The notes beneath the pieces are model-generated. The model did not search any database. It had not been told where the DNA came from and worked only from the letters and a program-made list of their open reading frames with translations. The position numbers were made by a program, and so were the translations under genes. A DNA stretch of 64,000 nucleotides from the human T2T-CHM13v2.0 reference genome, Homo sapiens. Shown here in pieces: positions 1 to 17,943 of this stretch. Every line of letters begins with the position of its first letter. Positions within the stretch are counted from its first letter, which is position 1. Location: assembly GCF_009914755.1 (NCBI RefSeq), contig NC_060926.1. The stretch is one strand, 5' to 3'.

Positions 1-82
1 TTTTTGGTAGAGGCAGGATTTTACAGTGTTGGCCAGGATGGTCTCGATCTCTTGACCTCATGATCTGCCCGCTTCAGCCTCC
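1..82 (-). mobile_element. Alu left-arm fragment (AluS-like), cut by the window edge and lacking its 5' ~45 nt
   Basis: TTTTTGGTAGAGGCAGG...TTGGCCAGGATGGTCTCGATCTCTTGACCTCATGATCTGCCCGCTTCAGCCTCC matches the reverse complement of the Alu left arm. Similarity stops abruptly at 82. Confidence 0.9.
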
Positions 83-1324
83 GGTGGCAGGGTATTTTGT
101 TTTGTGTTCTACTTAGAGCTGTCAACTAATAAATTTACCATGCAAGTGAGAAGTGTAATGGCTTCTTTAACCTACTTTATGAAGTTAAAACATTTCTTTT
201 AAACAAGCCTTTACTCCTTACATAAACAGGGTCCATTAAAGTTAAACTGTCAGAAGCCTCACAAGTCAGACTATGATTTCTCCTTTTTTTTCTTCACAAA
301 AGTTGTGCTGGAGGATTCTTTTTGTCTTTTTGGTCTGTGAGTTTACTTTGTGGCCCTTGGTCCTTAATCCATGTTTATGGTAAGTTCTGCCCAACAGAGG
401 ATTCTGTGGAGTTGAGCTGCGAGGGGCTCAACCTGCTAACGCAGGTTAGAGCTGTGGCCAGCCCTTTGAGTGTTTAGCCTCTCAATGCACGGAATACTAC
501 TCATCTCTCTTCTCTTTATCAATCTCTTTTATTGAAGCACCCAGAGCTTCTCTTTTTACATTTAAGTGCTGGTTTATCTAAATGTCCATTTCAAGGGAAA
601 CCATGAATTAAGATTTGGGAGAAGGCCTTAGGAAAACCTGCATGGAATTTTGTAGATATTAATGTTTCGTTGTTTTGTTTGTTATAGTTTGGGGCTCCAG
701 ACCACTGCTTATTTTCTCAATCATCTCATATCCATGTACTGGGGAGAGTAAGACTGCCTGTCAACTTACCTAGATGGCGAAAGAGTTCCTAAAGGACTTT
801 GAGCACTTTGAATTTAAAAGGAAACGGACAAGAAAATGACAAAAACCATAGGCAACGCTTTGAACCTGACCTTTTTATTTTTTTCTTTTCTCTGCCTCAT
901 CCTTTCCTAAGTCAACAACTTGAACATCTTTCTTGACCATTAGTTGTTGCCAGTGGTTCGCTGGGCCGAGGGGAAGCTGCAGAGCTAAACACCCATGCCT
1001 CCTCCAAACGCAGTGGGCTCACTGGGCAAACATACAGGCATAAAAACTTCTGCGCAAGTAGAGGTGCATGTCACACACAGTATAGGTTTCTGCTGTGTAA
1101 CTCTAGTACTCTCTATAGGTCTGTTTCTCTAGAAAAATCATATAAGAACCTTAAGTAATGAATACCAAAAGTGCTCTTCGTTTCAATGTTTTATTTTCAT
1201 TCACTCTAACAAGATTTTAACTGACAAGCAGAGCCTTGCCCACAGTGGACACTAAACAGGCATTTGTTTGTTTAGTTTGGTACAGTGTGGGCTCCAAAGG
1301 AGAGGTAACTATAACCAAGGCTAG

Positions 1325-1512
1325 CAATTATTATGCACTTGGGGGGTCACATGTATTATTTCATAGCAACCCTGTTTTTAACCAACCTTATTTTTATGCC
1401 CATTTTAAAAAATGAGGGCATTGAGGCAGAGAGAGGCCAGGTAATTTGCTGAAGGCCACCTTGCAAATCAAAGGTGGAGTTGTGTTTCAGACCCTGTTGC
1501 TGTTAACCATCA
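1325..1512 (-). mobile_element. MIR SINE relic
   Basis: Core CCCATTTTAAAAAATGAGGGCATTGAGGCAGAGAGAGG...TAATTTGCTGAAGGCCAC resembles the reverse-complement MIR core. Ends are approximate. Confidence 0.7.
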
Positions 1513-4220
1513 CCCAGTGAGGTGGGGCAGTGGCTGCCTGGCAGAGGCCCTTTTTGCCAGCTGGGAGTCTTGAGCAAGAGCTTCAGCAAGAGCATAGCTT
1601 CTGTGCTGGACTTGAAGCACATTGTATCCCATGATTTTCATATTCTGTGGGTATACGTTGGTTCACTATGAAAAAAAGAAATCTTTAAAATTTCCTAATG
1701 GCGATTGCCATTGAAAGGAATTTCTTTGTGAACGCTTTTGAACATGAGTATCATTTTTGGGAGGAAAATGTCTACCTGCTAACTATTTGGTGTGGTATAG
1801 CTAATGTGAGGCTCACGCATGGAAGAAGTGATGGTGGCAGGGCCCCAGCACATGAGAGTCCCAGATAGAACCCACACCCTGCTCTGAGGAACCGTGATTT
1901 TCCACAGAAAGTGGTAAGAATGCTCAGTTGAATTAATAGGTTTTTCCGAGAACCCAAACACCACTCTTTCTTTTATCTCTTCTACTGAAACACTGCCGGG
2001 GAAACAACATAGTGAGTGGGGCTTACCTTAGATGATCTCCTGTAACATCAGGTCATAATGGCTTCAAAATTTTAAGGTAGGAAGAAATGTAGTTGAGAAG
2101 CTGGTTGTTGATGTTGTCTGCAGCAAACTCCTTAGAGGAGGAAGATGGCTCAAACCTATTCTGAGGGGACTAAACTGAGGTTTTCCTGCCAGAGTCCCCT
2201 CTTACCCAGTGCTCTTGGTCTCTGTAACCGAACATTTATGCTTAAGTATTGAGGGCAAGTATGTATTTCAAAATGTAAACTAAATAATAATAATAATAAA
2301 GTTGGTAACTGACGTGGGCACACATCACCAGGCATCCATTTACCTTTCTTCTCATCACATTCCTGCCATTGTTTTTGCTCTTCTTTGTGCCCATCTGATG
2401 GATATATTGGCCAATTCCCAAACTAAGATCTGGAAGGGACATTATGACAGTGGCTACCTTAGAGCATATCCCAAGAAATACTGCTGCCCAGCCATTTGCT
2501 TACTCCTGGACTGCATTAGCAGTTGATAAGTCCCAGTAAACAGGGCTGTCCCAACTTATCGGCACTCATTTCATGGCCTGGGTAGAAAAACAAAAGAGGT
2601 GTGAATGGGCTGTGGGAGAAGACAATGTAACCAATACCCTGTGTTCTAAAACTGGACCAAAAAGAACCAGGGAAAGACATTTTACCTGAATTCATTGCTT
2701 AGCAACAAAGACATTACCTCCAGAGAATGCTGTCCTATAGCTTACCGAGTAACTGGCTGTGACAATTACCAAACAGCTGGCCTACTAATCTACATACCCT
2801 TTAACCCCAGCCAGCTGAAAAGGGACCATGGACAGTTCACAAACAATAGACACACGTCTAATGTTTTATTTAAGAGCTGACAGAAGTCACAGCTGTATGG
2901 GTCCTGCAGCCACTTGGCTTGAACTGTTGTAACTTGGATGTCCTGCCCTCCAGGGTCTGTGGCACGTGAAGAAACAGTTTCTACCAGAAGGCAACCTGGT
3001 GGAGCTTTAGGGAGGAAATACTTCTTGTAACTAACCCCAAAGTGCAAAATTTTGTTGAGGAGGAAGAACTGGATGCAAAGAGTCATTTAAAGGCAAAATA
3101 AAATCTGCTTTTTCCCAATTTCTAATTGATAAATACTGAGTTGGCCTGGCAATGGAATATCATATACAACAGATTAGAGACTTATGATATTGTTAGATAT
3201 AAACAGTGCTTAGCACAATTTTGACTCTAGGAGGATTAGATTCAGATATTTTTACTCTAAAAGACCACATTATAAGCTGGGATTTCTTACTAAGTAATTT
3301 ATTTTCTGGGACTCTGAGAAAAAACCATCAAACCAAGATACATTTGTCTGCATATATTATTTACATGCATATCTTGAGGATTTTTAATTCCTAACATCTG
3401 AAAGTACTTTCCTCTGTATCTGTGAACCCTCAAAATGTCTACTTGCAGGCTGACATGAAGGTCAATCTATTGCATGATGGACTGTCCAGAATAATTTAGA
3501 GGAGGCCTCCCTACAATCCCCTGCCCCACCTGCCTCCATAAGACCCACTGCCTCCATAAGAAATAGAGTCTCTCAGACTCTATTTCTAGTAAATGGAACT
3601 ATAAAGTGCTGAAATTGGTCTTTAAAAATGAACATGCCAGAACCTCCAGCCTCCACCACTAAGTCATGAGTCGTCATTCTTGGAAGTTTTACTTCCATTT
3701 CAGTTGTGCTGGTATTAAGTGAGACATCTTAGGAACTCTTTGGAACTTGTTTACCATCACATAAGGAAGCCCATTATCTTACTTTATAGTCATGTTTCAT
3801 TTTGGAGAAACAAGAAAAAAGGCCAATAAAAAAGGAAAAAATCTGACCCCGCTTACCGGAATGGCACAGTAGTAGTGCAGTTTGATGATCGGAGTTTTGT
3901 TTAAAATAATGTGTTTTAATGGATTAATGGCCTTTCAGCTTTAGAAGATAATCCGAAATGATGTGTTGAATGCTAAAATGTAGTCAGACAGCCCTTGTAG
4001 ATCCTAGCATTTCTAGGATTTCACGTAATATTTTTAGCTCTGCACATTGTAGAGGTGCTAGCTTTTCTATACATCTATAAATATACTGGTTATTTTTGGT
4101 GATGAAGTTTTTTAAAATCATCTTTGGGAAGCAATTCAAATATCACACATTTTCTACAAGTACATGACTCTCTGGGTATTCCCTAGCTATTTCATCAATT
4201 AAGTTAGTAGGTCCAATATG

Positions 4221-4268
4221 AATAATAGCTGCCATGCATTAAGTGCCTACAGTGTACCAGTCACTTTA
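4221..4268 (-). mobile_element. MIR 3' piece (first of three fragments of one interrupted MIR)
   Basis: AATAATAGCTGCCATGCATTAAGTGCCTACAGTGTACCAGTCACTTTA resembles the MIR 3' end in reverse complement. The MIR-like sequence resumes at 6658-6713 and 20923-21040. Confidence 0.65.
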
Positions 4269-6657
4269 CAGGCATACCTCAGAAATATTGTGGGTTTGGA
4301 TCCAGATCACTATAAACAAGTGAGCCACACAAATTTTTTGTTTCCAATTGCATATAAAAGTAATGTTTATACTATACTTTAGTCTGTTAAGTGCATAATA
4401 GCATTATATTTTAAAAAATAATGACCATACCTTCAGTTAAAAATATTGCTGAAAAATGCTAATGATCATCTGAGCCTTCAATGAGTCATAATCTTTTTGC
4501 TGGTGGAGGGCCTGGCCTTGATGTTGATGGCTGCTGACTGATCAGTGTGATAGCTGCTGAAGATAAGACCACAAATAAGTTTGACACATAAATTGACTCT
4601 TCCTTTCATGAAAGATTCCTCTGTAGCATGGAATGCTATTAGATAGCATTTTACCCACAGTAGAATTCTTTCAAAGTTGGAGTCAATCATCTCTGACCCT
4701 GCTGCTGCTTTATTAACTAATTTTATGTAATAAAATAAGTTACATAATAGTCTAAATCCTTTGTCATTTCAACAATTTTTATAGCATCTTCACCAGGAGA
4801 AGATTCTATCAGAAGAAACCACTTTCTTTGTTCATCCATAAGGAGCAACTCCTCATCTGTGAAAATTTTATCACGAGCTTGCAGCAATTCAGTCACATCT
4901 TCAGGCTCCACTTCTAATTCTAATATTATTATTTCCACCACATCTGCAGTTTTTCCTGTAGTAAAATCTGGAACCTCTCCAACTCATCCATAAGGGTTGG
5001 GTCAACTTCTTCCAACTCCTGATAATGTTGATATGACTCCCTTTCATGAATCATGAATGTTCTTAATAGCATCTAAAATGGTGAATCCGTTCCATAGTTT
5101 TCAATGTACCTTGCCCAGATCTATCAGAGGAATTTCTATCTGTGGCAGCTAAAGCCTTACAAAATGAATTTCTTAAATAATAAAACTTGAGAGTTAAAAT
5201 GACTTCTAGATCCCTGGGCTACAGAATAGATGTTGTGTGAGCAGGCATGAAAACAACATTCATTTCTTTGTATACCTCCATTACAGCTCTTGGATGACCA
5301 GTGCATTGTCAATGAGGAGTAATGTTTTGAAAGGAATCTTTTTTTTTTTTTCCTAGCGGTAGGTCTCAACAGTGGGCTTAAAATAGTCAGTGAACCATGC
5401 AGTAAACACATGTGTTGTCATCCAGGCTTTTTTTATTCCATTTATAGAGCACAGGCAGAGTAGATTTAACATAATTCCTAAGGGCTGTAGGGTTTTCTGA
5501 ATGGCATATGATAATTGGCCTAAACTTAAAGTCACCAGCTGCATTACCCTCTAAAAAGAGAGTCCGTTCTTTGAAGGTTTGAAGCCAGGCATTGATTTCT
5601 CATCTCTAGCTATGAACATCCTACCTGTCACCTTCTTCCTAGAGAAGGCTGTTTTACCTATGTTGATAATCTGTTGTTTAGTGTAGCCATCATCATCAAT
5701 CATCTTAGTTAGATTTTTCTGGAAAATTTGCTGCAGTTCCTATATCAGCACTTGCTGCTTCGCCTTGTACTTTATTTTATGGAGATGCTTCTTTCCTTAA
5801 CTCTCATGAACTAACCTCTGCCACCTTCATACTTTTCTTCTGCACCTTCCTTACCTCTCTCGACCTTTACAGAATTGAAGAGAGTTAGTACCTTGCTCTG
5901 GATTAAGCTTTGGCTTGAAAGAGTGTTGTACCTGGTTTGATCTTCTATCCAGACCACTCAAGCTTTCTCCCTATCAGCAATAAGGCTGCTCTGCTCTCCT
6001 ATTATTCGTGTGTTCACTGAAGAAGCACTTTTCATTTCCTTCAAGAACTTTTTTTTTCCATTCAGAACGAACTGTTTGTGCAAGATGCCTAGCTTTGGTC
6101 TATCTTGGCTTTCAGCAGGCTTTACTCACTAAACTTAATAATTTCTAGCTTTTGATTTAAAGTGAGGAACATGTGACTTTTCCTTTCACTTGAACAATTA
6201 GAGATCATTGAAGATTATTAATTGGCGTAATGTCAATATGGTTGTGTCTCACGGAATAGGGAGCCCAAAGAAAGAAAGAGAGACAGGGGCATGGCCAATT
6301 GGTGGAGCTATCAGAACACACACAGCATGTATTTATTAAGTTCTCCATCTTAATATGATGCACTTGATATGAGCACTGTTTGTGGCACCCCCAAAATTGT
6401 AATAGTAAAATCAAAGATTGCAGATCACACATCACCAAAGCAGACATCATCATAATAATAATACATTTGAAATATCGCAAGCATTACCGACATGTGACAC
6501 GGAGACATGAAATGAGCAAATGCTATTGGAAAAATGGTGCCAATAGGCTTTCTCAATGCAAGGTTGCCCCAAACCTCTTTGTAAAAAACCTCTTTTTAAA
6601 AAACACAGTATCTGCAAAGTGCAATAAAGCAAAGAGCAATAAAATGAGTTTTGCCTG
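4269..6657 (-). mobile_element. Full-length Tigger1 DNA transposon (TcMar-Tigger/pogo) with a dead transposase
   Basis: TIRs CAGGCATACCTC (4269) and GAGTTTTGCCTG (ending 6657), flanked by TA at 4267-4268 and 6658-6659. Length is about 2.39 kb. The transposase ATG is at 6208 (MISNCSSERKSHMFLTLNQKLEIIKFSE*) with an early stop. The DDE-region fragment [23 protein letters not shown] and the C-terminal fragment [13 protein letters not shown] appear in the ORF track. Confidence 0.95.
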
Positions 6658-8647
6658 TATATATTTCACTTAAAATTCTTAAACCAGTTCTGCAAGATGT
6701 TGTCACCTGCATTAAAAAATTTGTTTTGATTTTTAGATCCCATAAATGAGAATATGTGACACATAATAATTGTACATATTTATAGAGTACATGTGATATT
6801 TTGATACCTATATACAATGTATAATGATCAAGTCAAGTTAATTGGTATATCCATCACCTCAAACATTTATTATTTCCCTGTGTTGGGAATATTCAAAATT
6901 CTTTCATCCAGATAATTTGAAATATACAGTAAATTATTGTTAACTACAGTCACCCTGCTGTGTTACAGAACATTAGAACTTATTCCTCCTACCTAATTGT
7001 AATTTTGTAGCTGTTAACCAATCTTTTCTTATCCCTCTCTCCTCTTTCCATTCTCAGTCTCTCGTAACCACTGTTCTACTTTCTGCCTCCATAAAATCCA
7101 CTTTTTTAGCTCCCACATATGAGTGAGAATATGTGATATTTGTCTTTCTGGCTTATTTCACTAACACAGTGTCTGCCAGGGTCGTCTGTGTTTTTACAAA
7201 TGACAGGATTTCATTCTTTTCCATGGCTGAATAATATTCCATTGTGTATATATACCACACTTTCTGTGTCCATTTATCCATTGATGGACACAGGTTTATT
7301 TCATATTTTGCCTGCTGTAAATAGTGCTGCAATAAGCAGGGGAGTGTAGGTAGCTCTGACATATTGATTTGCTTTCCTCTGGATATACCCCCAGTAATGG
7401 AATGACTGGATCATATTATATTTCTATTTTTAGTTTTTTGGCTAACAGCCATACTGTTTTCCATAATGGCTGTACTAATTCACATTCACATAAACAATCC
7501 ATAGTAGTTCCCCTTTCTCCACATTCTTGCCAACATTTGAATTTTTTGTCTTTTTTATAATAGCCATTTTACTGGTAAGATGATATCTCATTGTGTTTTT
7601 GATTTGCGTTTCCCTCAACAAAAAATGTTGAGCATTTTTGTCATAGACCTGTTGGCCTCTTTTAAGAAAATGTGTATTTAGAGTGTTTGCTCATTTTTTA
7701 ATTGGATTTTTTTGTCTTTGCTACTGATGTCTGAGTCTTTATATACACTAGATATTAATCCCTTGTTGGATCGACAGTTTGTAAATATTTTCTCCGAATC
7801 TTTAGGTTGTCTCTTCACTCTGTTGATTGTTTCCTTTGCTGTACAGAAGCTTTTTAGTTTGACATAATCCCATTTGCCTATTTTTGTTTTTGTTGCATGT
7901 GCTTTGAGATGAATCTAAGAAGTCTTTACCCGGACTAATGTTCTGAAGTATTTCCCCTATGCTTTTGTCTAGTAGTTTGATAGTTTTGGGACATATGTTT
8001 AAATCTTTAATGCCTTTTGAGTTGATTTTTGTACATGGTGGGAGGTAAGGGTCTAATTTCATTCTTTTGCATGTAGATATCCAGTTTTCTCAAAACAGTT
8101 TATTGAGGAGATTGTTCTTTCCCCAATTTTTGTTCTTGATGCCTTCATTGAAAATCAGTTGGCTGTAAATACATAGATTTATTTCTGGGTTCTCTATTCT
8201 GTTCCATTGGTCTGTGTATCTATTTTAGTGCCAGTACCATGCTGTTTGGTTACTATAGCTTTGTATTATATTTTAAAGTCAGGTAGTGGGATGTCTCCAG
8301 CTTTGTTCTTTTTGCCCAAGATTGCTTTGGCTATTTGGAGTCTTTTGTGATACTATACAAATTTTGGGATTGTTTTTTCTATTTCTGAGAGGAATGTCAT
8401 TTGTATTTTTCTACAGATTGCATTGAATCTATAGATCACCTTGGGTATTATGGACTTTTTAACAGTATCAATTCTCCCAATCCATAAACATGGAATATCT
8501 TTTTATTTTTTGTGTGTGTCCTCTTCGATTATTTTTAAATCAATGTTTTACAGTTTTCATTGTAGAGATATTTTGCCTCTTTGGTTAAATTTATTCCTAG
8601 ATGTTTTATCTTGTTTTTGTAGCTATTGTAAATTAGATTTCTTTCTT

Positions 8648-14957
<6,310 letters not shown>

Positions 14958-17883
14958 TAGATTTCTCTCTTAATTTCTTTTTCAGATTGTCCACTATTGG
15001 CACATAGAAATGTGGACTGACTTTTGTATATTGATTTTGTTATCCTGCAATTTATTTTTTACTTTTAGTAGTTTTTTTTGTAGAGTCTTTAGGTTTTCTA
15101 AATATAAAATCATGTCATCTGCGAACAGAAACAGTTTTGACTATCACCTTCTCAATTTGAATGTCCTTTATTTCTTTCCCTTGCCTAATAGCTCTGTCTA
15201 GGACTTCCAGTACTATGTTGAATAAACATGGTGAAAGTAGATATCTTTGTCTTGTTTGGATCTTAGAAGAAAGGCTTTCACCTGTTCGCTCTTCATTATG
15301 ATGTTAGCTGTGGATTCGTCATATATCGCCTCTATTGTTTTAAGGTTTGTTTCTTCTATCCCTAACTTGTTCCGGGATTTTATTGTGAAGGGATGTTGAA
15401 TTTTATCAAATGCTTTTTCTACATCTATTGAGATGATCATATGGTTTTTGTCTTTCTTTCTGTTGATGTAATGTATCATATTTATTGATTCTGTATATGT
15501 TGATCCATGTTTGCATCCTTGGGATGAATCCACTCGATCTTTGTGTTTAATCTTTTTGATGTCCTGTTGAATTTGGTTTGCTGGTATTTTGTTAAGGATT
15601 TTTGCATCTATGTTCATCAGGGATATTGGCCTGTAGTTTTCATTTTTATTTGTGTTCTTGTTTAGTTTTGTTATCAGGGTAATACTGGCTTCATAGAATG
15701 TGTTTGGAAGAATTCCCCCTCCTTCAGTTTTTTGGAATAGATTGAGAAAAAATGGTATTAGTTCTTCTGTAAAAAGTTTGTAGAGTTAGACAGTGAAGAC
15801 ATCTGGTCCTGGAGTTTTCTTTCTTGGGGGAATTTTTATTACTGATTCAATCTCATTGCTGGTTATTGGCCTGTTCAGGCTTTCTATTTCTTCGTGGTTC
15901 AACCTTGGTAGATCATGTGTGTTCATGAATTTATTCATCTCTTCTAAGTTTTCCAATTTGTTGGCATATAATTGTTCATAGTAGTCTTTAATCATCCTTT
16001 TTATTTCTGTGGTATCAGTTGTAATGTCTCCTTTTTCATCTCTAATTTTATTTATTTCAGTAAAACAAATTTTTGTTTGTTAATCTTTTATATTTTCTTA
16101 GTCTTAATTTCATTTATTTCTGTTCTGATCTTCATTATTTTTTCTTCTGATTTTGAGTTTTGTTTGGTCTTGATTTTATAGTTCCTTCAGGTGCATCATT
16201 AAGTTGTTTATTTGAAATTTTTCTACTTTTTACATGTAGGCATTTATTGCTATAAACTTTTCTCTTACTACTACTTTTGCTGTATTACATAGGTTTTGGT
16301 ATGTTGTGTCTCCGTTTTTTAATTTGTTTTAATAAATTTTATATTTTCTTCTTAATTTCTTCATTGACTCAACTCATTTGTTCTCCAAGAGCATGTTGTT
16401 TAGTTTCCGTATATTTGTACACTTTCCAAAGTTTATCTTGTTATTGATTTCTAGTTTTATTCCATTGTGTTCAGAAAAGATACTTGATATAATTTTAATT
16501 TTTAAAAATGTATTGAGACTTTCTCTGTGGCCTATTATGTGGTCTATCCTGAAGAATGTTCCATGTGCTGATGAGAAGAATGTGTATTCTGCATCTGTCA
16601 GATTAAATGTTCCATAAATGTCACTTAGTCCATTTATTCTAGAGTGTAGTTTAACTTTGATGTTTCTTTGTGGATTTTCTGCTAGATGATCTGTCTGTTT
16701 TTGAAAGTTGAATGTTGAAGTTCCCTACTATTGTTGTATTGCAGTCTATCTCTTCCTTTTGGTCTATTTATATTTGCTTTATAGAGTTGGGTGCTCCAGT
16801 GTTAGGTGCATATATATTTATAATTATTGTATACTTTTGCTGAATTGACCTCTTTATCATTATATGATGACCTTCTTTGTCTCATTTAACAGTCTTAGCC
16901 TGAAGGTCTATTTTCTCTAATATAAGTATAGGTACTCCTGCTCTCTTTGGTTTTCATTTGCATGGAATATCTTTTTCCATTCCTTTACTTTCAGTCTGTG
17001 TGTCCTTACAAAGTGAGACAAGTATCCTTGTAGGTAGCATATAGTTGAGTCTTCTTAAAAATTCATTTAGTCACTCTATCTCTTTTAAATGAGGAATTTA
17101 ATACATTTATATTCAAGGTATTATTGATAGATAAAGACTTGCTCCTGCAATTTTGTTAATTGTTTTCAAATTGTTTGGTAGATCATTTGTTCCCTACCTC
17201 CTCTTTTGCTTGCTTTCTTTGTGATTTGATGACTTTCCATAGTGGTATGCTTTAGTTTTTTCTTTTTCTCTTTTGTGTATCTATCATAGGCTTTTGCTTT
17301 GCAGTTATCCTGAGGCTTACATAATACATCTTATATGTATAACTAGTTTATTTAGACTGATAGCAGCTTAATTTTTATTATATACACAAACTCTCCATTT
17401 TTACTCCCCCTTCTTCCACATTTTATGTTTTTGATGTCACACTTCACATCTTTTTGTAATATGTATCCCTTAGCAAATTATTGAAGCTTGCATTGTTTTT
17501 AGTAGTTTTGCCTTTTGACACTTATAATAGAGACATAATTGATTTGCCTATCACCATTACAGTATTAGGGTGTTTTGGATTTGACAGTGTATTTACTTTT
17601 ACTAGTGAGTTGTATAATTTCATATGTTTTTATGATACTAATTAGCAGCCCTTCCTTCAGATTGAAGAACTTCCTTTAGCATTTTTTTTGTAATGCAGAT
17701 CTAGTAGTGTTAAGCTCTCTCAGCTTTTGTTTGAGAAAGTCCTTATCACCTCTTGTTTTCCAAAAGACAGGATTGCTGGGTATATATTTTTTGTTGACAG
17801 TTCTTTTCTTTTAGGATTTTGAATATATCACCCCACTTCCTTCTGGCTTGCAAAATTTCTGCTGAGAAGTCTGCTGATAGTCT

Positions 17884-17943
17884 TATAGAGACTCCCCTGC
17901 ATGTAACAATTTGTATAGAGACTCCCCTGTATGTGACAATTTG
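17884..17943. repeat. 30-bp tandem duplication in the old L1 ORF1
   Basis: TATAGAGACTCCCCTG(C/T)ATGT(A/G)ACAATTTG occurs twice in tandem. Confidence 0.9.
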
